Source: Camelus ferus
Taxonomy: Eukaryota
Direction: 5' to 3'
Length of the DNA stretch: 64,000 bases
Assembly: GCF_009834535.1 (NCBI RefSeq)
Contig: NC_045696.1
Coordinates: 17,052,001 to 17,116,000 of the forward strand
Part shown: positions 1 through 11,009 of the stretch, piece by piece
Layout: each line of letters starts with the position of its first letter
Position numbering within the stretch: position 1 is the first letter of the stretch
Position numbers and translations under genes: made by a program
The notes under the pieces: generated by a model
What the model saw: the letters and a program-made list of their open reading frames with translations, nothing else
Database searches by the model: none
What the model was told of the DNA's origin: nothing

Positions 1-674
1 TTATCGCCTTAAACTTAAAAACAATATAACAATTGGAAATATTCTGAGCATTTGAACCTGGTTGATAATGAGTGGACCATGACTTGTGTTTGTGTTCCTG
101 TGGCAGAAGACTAAAAATGACTGGAAAAACGAATTGGATAAAATATTATATTTACAAACCATACTTTTCATGATGTTTATATTGACACTAGGCTACAGGT
201 TTAGTATTTTTATTGAAAAAAGTGTGTGCCTTAGAACACAGATTATTAATGTACTGCATTTGGCCAAGTTTGCCTTTTTCATAAGAAAAGAGGACAACTT
301 ATTCTAACATACATTCCTAATATGTATATTTTAAATGACCATCAAAGATTTACATCAAAGTATGACTTGTTAACTAAATCAGCAATTTGCTCTCAGAATT
401 GAAGCATAATAAAAATATTTGCTAATTGCTTTGCTTTTTTTTTTTTTGTAATTCTCTGAAAACAGAGAGCTCCTATTTAGAATTTAACTTTTACATTCAC
501 CTTATTTTGATTCTATTATTTTCTTATACAAGAGAGGCATTAGGTATATTTGGTCCATATTTTTGCTGTTAGTTAATTAGTTTTATAATTAATTTTTTTA
601 GAAAAAAGAAAAATGAAGCTTTTAAAGTGGTAAAATTTTTTTGAAAGTTGAAATCTTAATACCTTTTGTACCAG

Positions 675-925
675 AGATTAGTGCACAAAATGTGATGGTG
701 ACATGAAAAAAGGACAAAACAGCCAGCAGGAAGGAACACTCATAGACTCAAATCCGGGAAATTTTGAGTTTCAAAACCAATGACAGTGCTGGATCATAAC
801 CCACTTAAATATTTAAGAATCCATCAATATGACTTAATGAAAAACAAATGAACAGACTATTCATTGGGAAAGTTGACTTCCAAAGTAGAATGTCAATTAA
901 TATATGTGGAAAATTGATGGAATTT
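675..925 (+). mobile_element. Old L1 3' UTR fragment (L1MC4/L1MD-like)
   Basis: Motifs 'ggatcataacccacttaaat...aagaatccat' and 'agtagaatgtcaattaatatatgtggaaaattgatggaatt' resemble the L1MC-class 3' end as I recall it. Confidence 0.55.
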
Positions 926-3329
926 TATTCTGTGCTCAAATTAAATAACTTCTGTTTCTGAAATTACATTATTTTGGAAATCAGATGAATCTCTTTGTGT
1001 TAAATTGTCATAAACTGTTGTGACACATTTTATGGGCTTCTGTTGCCTTTCTTTTTCTTACTTGAAAATCAGATGCATCTGGCAACTCTTTTAAGTCAAT
1101 GAAATTTATTAATTATTTCCCATTATTTCAGTTATGATGTATGATGACTTTCACACTGTGAGACTTCCAAAATAGCTAAACCTGATGCTTTTGCTTTCCT
1201 TGTTTGAAGATGATGACAAAGAGTTCTCCTGAGAAAGTGACCACCTGGGTCCAGTTAGCTGTTCCTAGTCACCCCAGATTTTCCTACTAGAGAGTTGAAA
1301 TGTGTTCATATTCCACTTGCTACTTACTGATTACAATGCCTTTCAACTTACTTGAATCCGTTTGATAGGAATACCTCCTTTATTGTAATCAATATTTTAC
1401 AAAATAGATGCCCACTTACTTGGCACTGCATTTGTTTGATTTTTGAATTTTACAGTCTCAACTGAATAATTTATCAATGTTAATAACAAAGGGAATATCC
1501 AAAACCACATATACGATGTAAAAGATCTCCAGATTTACATTTTTATAGAGTTAATATATTTCTGAAAATAAGTCCCTTGTAAGCCCATTACTCATTAAGT
1601 TTGAATATTATGATTCAAATTATTTAACCCTGTATACATGAAAGAGAGAATTTCTGCATTGTAAAAATATGAATAAATTTCTTATCATTATCTTGTATTT
1701 GATAGAGAAAAGGTCTGGTAAGAGGCAGCTTCTCATTTGGCCCTGAGAACCTAAAATATTATTTCTGTTAGATGAATGCCTTTTCATTATGATTATAGTA
1801 ATGGTCATAGAAAATCACACATCTAGCAAATCTGAATTAAAGTAATATTCTTGAGTCCAACACATATTTGAGCTTGTTTTATCATTACATGACACATTAT
1901 TATTAAGGTAGAGAATTACTTAATAAAAGTGGCTAGGGAAGCCTCAAACTCTCAAGGAAAATAATTCAACACATTTTCAAGAGAAAAAAATAAAAACTCT
2001 AAACTGGAAGGGGAGGGTATTTTAAACAGGAAATACAGGCATTAACAGGTCCTTGACAGAATGACACTTTTCTAAAAGAGAAAATAAAGAAAAATTTCTC
2101 ATATTATGGTAACAATTTTTATGTTGGCCAAAAAAATGACTATTTCTGATGAAAAAAAGTATACAGAATTAAACTGCAAAATAGCCTGAAATTAAACAAG
2201 TCAAGGGAAAAAAATAAATGAAAACTCTATATATAAATTATCATGACATAGACATCATCAGGATGCTCAGACAGTGCTCAAATAAAAAGATAAAAAAAAA
2301 CTTGTGTGTTCACTCTTTTTACAAACTTATAAATTTACAAATTTGACTGCTATTACATTCCCTAGTGAATTCTCTGCTTTAACTGGATGTTGTAATAGTC
2401 ACTTTGTGTGAGCTGAGAGTGTGTGTACGTGTGTAGGGATGGGGCATGAATCGGGGACAGGGAGAGTGGAGGGTAAACGGGGTGATGTCAGAAAGGATGT
2501 ATTACAAGTGGATATCTTCCAATAAATCAAAAAAGAAAGGTTAAAATGTATTTGTTTTCATGAGCAAGTTGAGTTTAATTGTTGGCTGTTGGATTCAGTC
2601 AATTATTTTACCACTCAATGTAATCTACATTTTATTTTTCTTAAAAATGGAAACATTCCCTGGTCTTAGTGCTGAATTTTATTTGTGTCTAGCCTAATTT
2701 TTATTTGCTAAAATTTATGTTAACTCATCTATTTTCTATATTTCCATCTAAATATGCAATCTTTAAGAAATTCATGTAGAAAATCTTACAGTTTCTTTCT
2801 TTTCTCTGCATAATCAATTTTTCTTCAAAGCATATGCTGGAAGTTTATGTTCCCAAGTACTGAAATGGAAATAAATAGACTGAGCAAAAGCAGATCTGTT
2901 TCTAAGGAAAAACATTTGGATAGTAACTTAAAGTTGGTTGTAAATGGGAAAGTGGATGCTTCTGTTTTAGAGAAATTAACAGACAGGATTCATTTTTAGC
3001 TTCACAGCTATGGGGAGCAGGTATGAGGATTATAAAGAACTGTTCAAGTTCCTGCTGAGCTGAGCTTTAAGAACCTGTCAAGTAAATCTAATATTTTTCA
3101 AAAGTTGTAATATCTACCCAGTGCCTAGAAGGAAATTTAATGGAGCCTCCATTAGATTCTGCCCAAGGAGGAATACAGAAAAAAAACAAAAACAAAACCA
3201 AAAATAGAGATTAAAGAATGTCCTAGAGGTGGATTTTTTTACTTTTTTCTGTTTCTGTTTTTTTAACTTTAAACTGAAAATGAAAGAAAAGGAAAGTTTT
3301 TTTTTTTTTTAATTCAGGAAATGATTGGA

Positions 3330-3900
3330 AAAAATGGAAATTCTTGAATAAAATTACAATTTATAGAATTGACAACACAGATACATAGGATACATATATT
3401 AACTTAAGCATGGTAAGAATAAATAGTGAAAGAAGAGGAACAGAATCTCGAAGACATTCAACATGTAAATAACTGAAAACCAAGAAGATTGGGGAGAGAG
3501 ACTGAGACAGAAGATGTCTGAAGATATAAGAGCCAAGAATTTTCTAAACTGATGATATACATCCACCTACAAATTCAGGGAAACCAGAGAAACTCAAACA
3601 TGATGAATAAAAAGAAAATTTTACCTAAATTAAAATTACTAAGTTATATATATTCATATAATTTTAGAAGTAGTAATGGGGACAAAAGATATACTATCTA
3701 AAAAAGAACAAAAATAAGACCAACAGCTCATATATAAAAAGAACCTATTGAAACCATAAGAAATCTAATAATATTTGAGGGACCAAAATAAGCTAGCTAC
3801 CAATTAAATTCTATATCTAGCAATAATATCTTTCAAAAAAAAAAGTGATATAATGACATTTCAGATAAATTAAAAGGATTTTTCAGCAGCAGACCTACAA
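3330..3900 (+). mobile_element. Old L1M ORF1-region fragment
   Basis: A-rich segment 'gccaagaattttctaaactgatgatatacatccacctacaaattcagggaaaccagagaaactc' and 'cagcagcagacctaca' are typical of decayed L1 ORF1; no open frame remains. Confidence 0.65.
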
Positions 3901-4047
3901 ATAAAAAATTTCTATTATTTGCACATTTCTGTTCCTTGCTTAAGAAACCCATCATAATTTGGTAGTCACATAAATATTCTCTTTTTTTCTAAAGTTGTGT
4001 AGCTTCACCATTTCCAGTTAAGCCTAAAGTAACTGGTATTCTTGATG

Positions 4048-4250
4048 CAGCTGACCCTTGAACAACATGGGTTTGAGTTCCCTGGGTCCACTCATACCTG
4101 AAACATGCTACAGCACTGCATGACCAGTGGTTGACTGAATAGAGGAACTGCAGATACAGAGGGCAGGAGGGCCAACTATAATATTATATGTGGATTTTCC
4201 ACTGTGTGGAGGCAGTACCCCCAAATCCCGCTTTGTTTAAGGGTCAACTG
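4048..4250 (+). mobile_element. Tigger2/Tigger2a-type non-autonomous DNA transposon (TcMar-Tigger)
   Basis: Terminal inverted repeats CAGCTGACCCTTGAACAA (4048) and TTGTTTAAGGGTCAACTG (ending 4250); TA follows the right end and TG (decayed TA) precedes the left. Confidence 0.88.
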
Positions 4251-4719
4251 TATATGTTATGAGGGAATAAATTTCATTTTCCTGCAAAGTGACAGGCTTC
4301 TTTATTGAAAACCTCCTTTCTCTAAAATAAAAGCTATTTATACAGTGTGTTCCCACTTTATATAAAGCCCAGAGCTTTCCACTCTCTTTCTTTTATCAAT
4401 GTTTCTATTCTTGGGCCAAAGGCATAACTGTCTTATATCACTTTGCCGCATTATCAAAACCGCTGGCTTTACGATAATTCTTTATGTGTTGAAAGGAATG
4501 CCTACTCATGATAATCTTCTCCTGTAAACTGATTACTCTGGGCTTTTGTGCTCAGTATAAATTTTAGAGCCAGCTTGTCTAAGTCTGTAAAAATTTCAAA
4601 AAATTTTAATTGAAAATAATTTAAGTCTATACTATTTGGAAAAAATTGAAAATATTAATATTCTTGTGATATTGCATTATCTAATTCATTAACATGTACA
4701 TGTCTTTTTTGTCTGCTTT

Positions 4720-5005
4720 ATTTTTTTAACCTTTTTTTATTGAGTTATAGTCATTTTACAACATTGTGTCAAATTCCAATGTAGAGCACAATTTTTCAGT
4801 AATACATGAACATACATACATTCATTGTCACATTCCCTTTCGCTGTGAGCCACCACAAGATCCTGTATATATTTCCCTGTGCTACACAGTACAATCTTGT
4901 TTATCTATTCTACATTTTGAAATCCCAGTCCCTTCCCACCCCCCGCCCCCCTGGCAACCACAACTTTGTATTCTATATCTATAAGTCTGTTTCTGTTTTG
5001 TATTT
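4720..5005 (-). mobile_element. Young lineage-specific L1 3' end, 5'-truncated (camelid L1-like)
   Basis: T-rich tail, then 'ttttattgagttatagtcattttacaacattgtgtc...ttccctgtgctacacagtac...cccctggcaaccacaac...gtctgtttctgttttgt'; paralogous to the copies at 29.85 kb and 41 kb. Confidence 0.88.
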
Positions 5006-5329
5006 AATATATTACATTCCTCTTAATATCTCTCCGTGTAACTCTTGGATATAATAAATTAGATTTATTTATTAGAAGGGACTTGTCTTTAATAAAATTA
5101 CATTGTCTCATGTCAGTGATGAAAGTCACTTAAATATAAAACATTAATAAAATTATAAAAATCATAAGTATACAGATCAATCAATAAATTGTTCATAAAG
5201 TGACTTCCCTAAGAGGAGCCAGCATACAGATAAAAAAATGAGCTCCCAAAAGGAGACCGTTGCCCCTTCCCAGATACTAGTATTAAGAGTTATCAATGTC
5301 ACTTCTAATGTCATAGAATAATTGTGACT

Positions 5330-5955
5330 TTTTTTGAAGTGTATGTGATATAAATCATGTGCGTTCATTTGTATCTAATTTATTTTGTTCAACATTGTGT
5401 TTCTAAGATTCATCCATGTTGTTTGCTTATAAAAATAGTTGATTCAGTTTTTATTTCTGATTTACTGTATATTCATTCACAATTTCCATATAATTATGAC
5501 ACAGTTTACGTATCGTTTTCAATGCTGATAGATACTGGGGTTTTCAGATTTGGGAAATTGCAAGTACTGCTGTTATAAACATTCTTCCATGAACATGTGA
5601 CAACATAGATACACGTTTCTGTTGGACATATTCCTAAGAGAACAATGACTGGGTCAGAGGGTACTTAGTCTAAGTAGATTCTGCTGGACAGCTTTCAGAA
5701 GTATTGTCATAGTTTATGGGTCCTTTTGTGATAAATAAGAACATTTCACTGACTCACTAAAACTTGGGAATTGCAAGATCTTTTTGTTTTGTTTTGTTTC
5801 CTTATTGTTGTTATTTCCTTATATGTTACTTATGTGGCACATCTCACTTCGATTTTTGATTTTCATCTTTCTGATGACTAGGCAAATTTAGCACCTTCTC
5901 ACAAATGTTCTTGTCCATTTTGGTGTCATCTTTAGTGAGAGCTGTATTCTGTATT
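5330..5955 (-). mobile_element. Old L1ME-like 3' region
   Basis: 'caacattgtgtttctaagattcatccatgttg', 'gctgttataaacattctt', 'tttctgttggacatattcctaagagaacaatgactgggtcagaggg', 'tttctgatgactagg'. Confidence 0.75.
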
Positions 5956-6174
5956 TCTGTGTTTGGAAGAAATGAGAAATTGAAAATAAATCAACAGTAG
6001 AACCACTTTTGTTGATATTTGTAAAGAAATAAATTTAGCGAATGGAACAAATATCTTGAAAATAGTATGTATGTTTCATTAATCAGTGCAACAATCTCTT
6101 CCTTCCCCTCCCTCCACCTCTTCCTTCTCCAATGCTTTCTTCTCTCTCTCTCTCTCTCCTCTCTCATTTTCAGA

Positions 6175-6400
6175 TCATTTCTATACTTATTTTCAAAAAT
6201 GTTTTAAAATCTACAGTTAAGTTTGTCATTGGTCTACTTCTTTTAGTTTTGTCAGTTTTTCTTTTTAAATGTTGAAGCTATGATTTCAGGTACATACAGG
6301 TTTAGTATTCTTTTATCTTCCTGATGGATTAACCCTTTTCTTACTCTATATGCCTCATTTCACTGATAATTAATTTTAAAAAGATATCCCTTATCATATA
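6175..6400 (-). mobile_element. Old L1M ORF2 (endonuclease-region) fragment
   Basis: 'gttgaagctatgatttcaggtacatacaggtttagtatt...tcttcctgatggattaaccctttt' matches antisense L1 EN-region sequence. Confidence 0.6.
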
Positions 6401-7502
6401 ACAACTTGCTAATGATATTTTTTAATTCTTGCAAACACACAGCTTCATATATATATTTGTTTTGAAAAGGAGGGATATGACTTGACTGATGAAGTCAAAA
6501 TTAATAACAGCTTTTAATTAATAACTCAGAATAGTATTGTTTAAAAGGAATTTGTGAGAAATCATCATTTAGGGGTCATTTATTTATCCATTGCTTCATT
6601 TGGTAAAAAGATAAAGCTTTAGTGAATAACTTGTGAAACAGTATTATAAGAGTAAATTTTGAGAAGAGAAAAATCATCCCATAGTATTGAATATACTTTT
6701 TCTCTCTCATCATGAAAAATCTAAACTTTTAAGCAATGTCTGTTTCCTTATGAAATGATAATAATTCCATAAAACATATACCCCTTTTCCACCTCTTACT
6801 GACTCTTTTTTCTCACTTAAATTTACTGCCTATTCATTGATTTTTCAGATTTACATAATCAGCAATATGATATTTCATAAACAAGAATGCTTAGTTACTA
6901 TTTCTAATGTAAATGATACTCATTTTTCACTAGCCCTTCATGTTTCTTTTCTTACTTTTTTCTATAGGTATTTTCTGTAAACAATACAACCCAAACAACT
7001 ATTATTTTCCTTGGGAGAAATAATTTTTCTTTCTGTTAGCTCCTTTCCTCTGAGTTTAAAGATCAAAAGTGGTTGGAAATTACAGACACACTCACACCGA
7101 CTCACACGCACATGCACACACACACCCCTAAATATGGCTGTGAAAATACAGTAAAATTGTTATTCAAGTACTTTTGGAGTTTGAAGGACTATGAGAAGCC
7201 GTGAATGTCTGTCTCCATGTGAGGAATTCCTCTTGGTCTCCCAGGTCACAAGATTCTTGAGCCATCAGACTTAAAATTATTTCAGAAACTCATAAGCATA
7301 TTATTTTCTCAGTTGTAGGCAAGCAGTTTCTTATTACAGTTTTTTATATTGCATATTTTACATGTAAATACATGATAAATATAGTCATTCCTTCAAGGAA
7401 TTATTTAAGTATATCATATGCCATTCTGATGTCAAGTTTTAGTCAAGAGGATTATAAATGCATGCTTCGTTCTTTTGAAAACTTCAATATGCTTGTTCCT
7501 GA

Positions 7503-7856
7503 CGTGAACAAAAAATACTGCAAACCACATCAGTAAACAAAGAATGCTGAAACCATCAAGTCATCAGTGGCTGCCGCCACCCCCTAGTGAAGACAAGCCT
7601 GCAGCCTGGCCTCTGCAGCCACTCACAATAGTGCACCCTGAGGGGACTCAGAATAAGAAAGTACAGGATACTGGCCTACATAGCTGGATGCTTGTCAAAG
7701 GAATGGATTCAATGAGCCCAAATATTTGCTTCCTCCCATACATAGAAAAGCACTAAATTCTTTAACTTGAGATGCCTGGTTTTCTTTAGATAACAGGTAA
7801 TCTTTTAATGTTTCAACTACCTGGTCTTTGTTGTAAAGCTCCTATATATCCTGAAA

Positions 7857-7898
<42 letters not shown>

Positions 7899-7909
7899 TT
7901 CAGTCAACA
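7503..7909 (+). mobile_element. Solo LTR, ERV1-like, copy A; R/U5 internally deleted and replaced by (TA)n
   Basis: About 91% identical by hand alignment to the reverse complement of 8171-8522. Starts CGTGAAC (TG>CG), ends ...CAGTCAACA, perfect 4-bp TSD CTGA (7499-7502 and 7910-7913), TATA-like TATATAT at 7843-7849. Confidence 0.9.
7855..7898. repeat. (TA)n microsatellite inside LTR copy A
   Basis: Directly visible AT dinucleotide run. Confidence 0.95.
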
Positions 7910-8045
7910 CTGATAAATGCAGTGAATCTAATCTGATTTCCATTCCAAAAGAGATATGTCTAGCCAATATTTAGATGAAATATAAACCTCTTCATTTTCC
8001 CTTAAAATTCTAACCCAAACTCAGTAAAAACTACCTCCTTGCTTA

Positions 8046-8522
8046 TGTCGACTGCAATAAATGCACAGCCTAAAAGTTGAGAGTTATGTTTTATTGGCGG
8101 GAGGACTCGAGCCGGGATGACAGCCTCTCAGATCACTCTGAGGGACTGCTCCAAAGAGGTGGGGAGGAGCCAGGATATATAGGAGCTTTACAACAAAGAC
8201 CAGGTAGTTGGAACAATAAAAGATTTCTTGTTAACTAAAGAAAACCAGGCATCTCAAGTTAAAGAATTAAGTGCTTTTCTATGTATGGGAGGAAGCAAAC
8301 ATTTGGGCTCACTGAATTCACTCCTTTGACAAGCACCTTGCTATCTAGGGCCAGTATCCTGTCCTTTCTTATTCTGAGTCCCCTCAGGGTGCACCACTGT
8401 GAGTGGCTGCAGAGGCCGGGCTGCAGGCTTGTCTTCCCTGGGTTGTGGCGGCAGTGGCTGATGACTTGATGGTTTCAGCATTCTATGTTTACTGATGTGG
8501 TTTGCAGTATTTTTCATTCACA
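8046..8522 (-). mobile_element. Complete solo LTR, ERV1-like, copy B (477 bp)
   Basis: TG...CA termini on the minus strand (TGTGAATG...GTCGACA), TATA-like box at 8175-8181, AATAAA at 8090-8095, 4-bp TSD CTTA (8042-8045) / TTTA (8523-8526) with one mismatch. A 4-bp TSD is typical of class I ERVs. Confidence 0.9.
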
Positions 8523-8606
8523 TTTATCTAGTTATGTTTGTTCTCCCCCAGAGTTCAGACTTCCATGGTTAAAGGCATCTTTCTTTTTGTAAAACATATT
8601 CTAGAA

Positions 8607-8947
8607 CTCTGCTGTTTAATATGGAAGCCACTAGGAGCATGTATGTGGTGGTTGAACACTTGAAACAGGGCTCATCTGAATGGAGATGTGTTCATATGTG
8701 TTTCTACAGAAAATGCATACTGAATTTCAGACTTACGACCAAAAAAGAATGTAAAAATATCTTATTAAATTTTTATATTGATTATATGTTGATATGGTAA
8801 TATTTCAGATGTGTTGGATTTAATGAACTATATTATGAAGTATATTTTCAACTGTTTATTTTTACCTTTTAAAAATGTGTCTACCAGAAAATTTAAAATT
8901 CGTGTGTGGCTTGCATTTGTGACTCATGCTTTACTTTGGGCAGTGTT
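8607..8947 (-). mobile_element. MER33 (hAT-Charlie MITE)
   Basis: 'ctgtttaatatggaagccactag...gaacacttgaaa...aaagaatgtaaaaatatcttatt...ctaccagaaaatttaaaatt...gtggcttgcatttgtgactc...tgggcagtg' follows the MER33 consensus in reverse over its full length. Confidence 0.85.
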
Positions 8948-9189
8948 TTTCTTAAAGATATATTCACCCTGTCTTTCAGTCTCATTATTAATTTCTTAAT
9001 TATCATCTTCAGTATGTGGTATCATATATACAATTGTCCATTCATCCTTATAGACTATCCTTTCCAAAATATTAATAAATGTCCAAAATTCGAAAATGAC
9101 TGACAAGTAATGTGAAGGTAAAAACTATAGACACCCAAGTTATCTGAACTTTTTTCTGTCACAGTCATCTCAACATTGTGATCTCTTTT

Positions 9190-9500
9190 TAAAATATCAC
9201 TTCCTCATCAAGACCATTCATCAACTCAACTTAAAATTTCTAACATCTCTAAATTTACTGCAGTCCAGCTCTAAACCATCACACTACCATATTTTATCCA
9301 GAGTATTAATCCACATTTGAAATTACATGCTTTACTTACCTACTTTTTCATTGTCTTACATCTCCTTGAGAAATCAGCTCTAGGAAAGCACAGTCATCAT
9401 CTGTCTCTCTTACCCTACTTGGAACTCTTAGAAAAACACCTGGCATGTAGGAGATGCCTACTAAATGTTTTTCAAATGAACACATGAATCACATGAATGT
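9190..9500 (+). mobile_element. L2 3' end
   Basis: Typical L2 tail 'cacctggcatgtaggagatgcctactaaatgtttttcaaatgaacacatgaat'. Confidence 0.65.
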
Positions 9501-10888
9501 AAAATTCCTGGTAAGTTGGAAGTACTAAAGATTTCTGTTAATATGAAAATTTGTAAAGATCTTTTAAAATGCAGACATATTGGATTTTACTATTTCATAG
9601 ACTTTATTTCAAGAGTTTTTACGGTTGCTACGTAACATTTGTTTAATTCCTGTCATAATTATATTCTGAATTTATCCTCTGCAGCTAACTCTTCTCAAGG
9701 GCACAGCATTTGTTTATTCTCTACCCATTGAAAAATTAGATAATACAGACTGAACAAATGCAGGATTTGTCAAAGCAATCAATGCCTCAAGACTCTTTAA
9801 AGAATTATGTTTACTTTATTTATACATCATGCAGGAGACAGACATAGTCCATTTAGAATTCTGTTAGAAGACTGTCAAAGCAGTTAAGCAAAAATTGCAC
9901 ACAAAAATTCCACTGTGAAGCTGATAGCACTTTAAGAGCAAAAGTCATTATGTATTTAATTAAATAGGCAAAAATAACTTACATAGCTTGTGGAAAATAT
10001 TAAAACGTACACTTCATTCAAACTTTCTGTTAGTAAATTAATATATTATAGGTAGATCTATGATAATATCAAATCATTACCCTTACTCTGTTGTATATAT
10101 TTGGAACCAAAAATAATTTAGCTTTATTATTAGAAAAATAACTTATTCTCTTATTTTCCAAATATTAAGTAAGACTTAGCAGTTTTTTATTTGCTTCTAC
10201 ATTTTTAATCTGAACTACTTTAGGTGTTTTTGTTTTTAATTTCAGATGTCTAGAATCAGCATTAAAAATGGTAATAACATTAATTCTGACCAATCTTAAC
10301 AACAAAGTAAAATTAACTACCAAAAGGCATCACCTGGTTTTTAGAATTACAATATTTGTATCTTTCTAAGTGTAATTTGAAAAAGAAATGACACTTTCGA
10401 ATATAAAGTACTAGTTCCATGAGTAATGAACAATTATTCATTAGTTAGTGTGGGGACTTACGACTTTTAATCATACTTCATTATTAGAAGTTGCTTACCA
10501 CATAGTGTTTAATTACATTTGTTAAAATCTAATTTATTTGTCTGTTGATAAATAAATAACATTTAATATTTTTATATGTGGTATGGAAAGTCTCCATCCT
10601 TCTTCTTCCATTTCAGAGTTTCTGTTACTCTTCTGGACGTTTGATTTTTTTCATCAGAAGTTCAGAATAACTTTGTTTTTCATTGCAAATATTATTTCAC
10701 TATAAATAAGATTGATGGATTGTCCACACTTATTCAATGTAACTTCTTGATGAGCTATCAGTAAAAAAATTTAAAAATTTACCTAGCATATTTCATCTTC
10801 TCAAACTCGTTGAAAGTAAGTAAATTACTTACATGTCAGATTGCATTTGCCAACAATAATGATATTATTCTCTTTAAAACAGCATCTT

Positions 10889-11009
10889 GCGGGAGGTTAT
10901 AGCCCAATGGTAAAGTGCGTGTTTAGTATGAGTGACATCCTGGGTTCAATCCCTCCATTAAAATAAACAAACAAACAAACCTAATTACCTCTCCCCACCA
11001 AAAATAAAA
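10889..11009 (+). mobile_element. tRNA-derived SINE, camelid vic-1-like
   Basis: A-box-like TAGCCCAATGG, B-box GGTTCAATCCC, then an (AAAC)n stretch, CTAATTACCTCTCCCC and an A-rich tail. TSD TAAAACAGCATCTT (10875-10888) / TAAAATAGCACCTC (11010-11023). Confidence 0.88.

Larger units (their letters stand above)
3915..5050 (-). mobile_element. Old L1M ORF2 fragment, interrupted by Tigger2 (4048-4250) and a young L1 (about 4720-5005)
   Basis: T-rich antisense L1 motifs ('gcttaagaaaccc', 'aaattttagagccagcttgtc', 'ctaattcattaacatg') continue on both sides of the nested insertions. Confidence 0.55.

Noticed and set aside
7576..7589. CTCF-like motif TCACTAGGGGGTGG (minus strand) in LTR copy A
   Set aside because: Two mismatches at high-information positions and absent from copy B; unsupported without ChIP data.
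7503..8522. Single DNA transposon with long TIRs, or an inverted segmental duplication
   Set aside because: Each arm has LTR termini and its own distinct 4-bp TSD, and the outer flanks share neither homology nor a TSD.
10889..10955. Possible tRNA gene
   Set aside because: Degenerate cloverleaf followed by a SINE body, A-rich tail and TSD: a SINE, not a tRNA gene.
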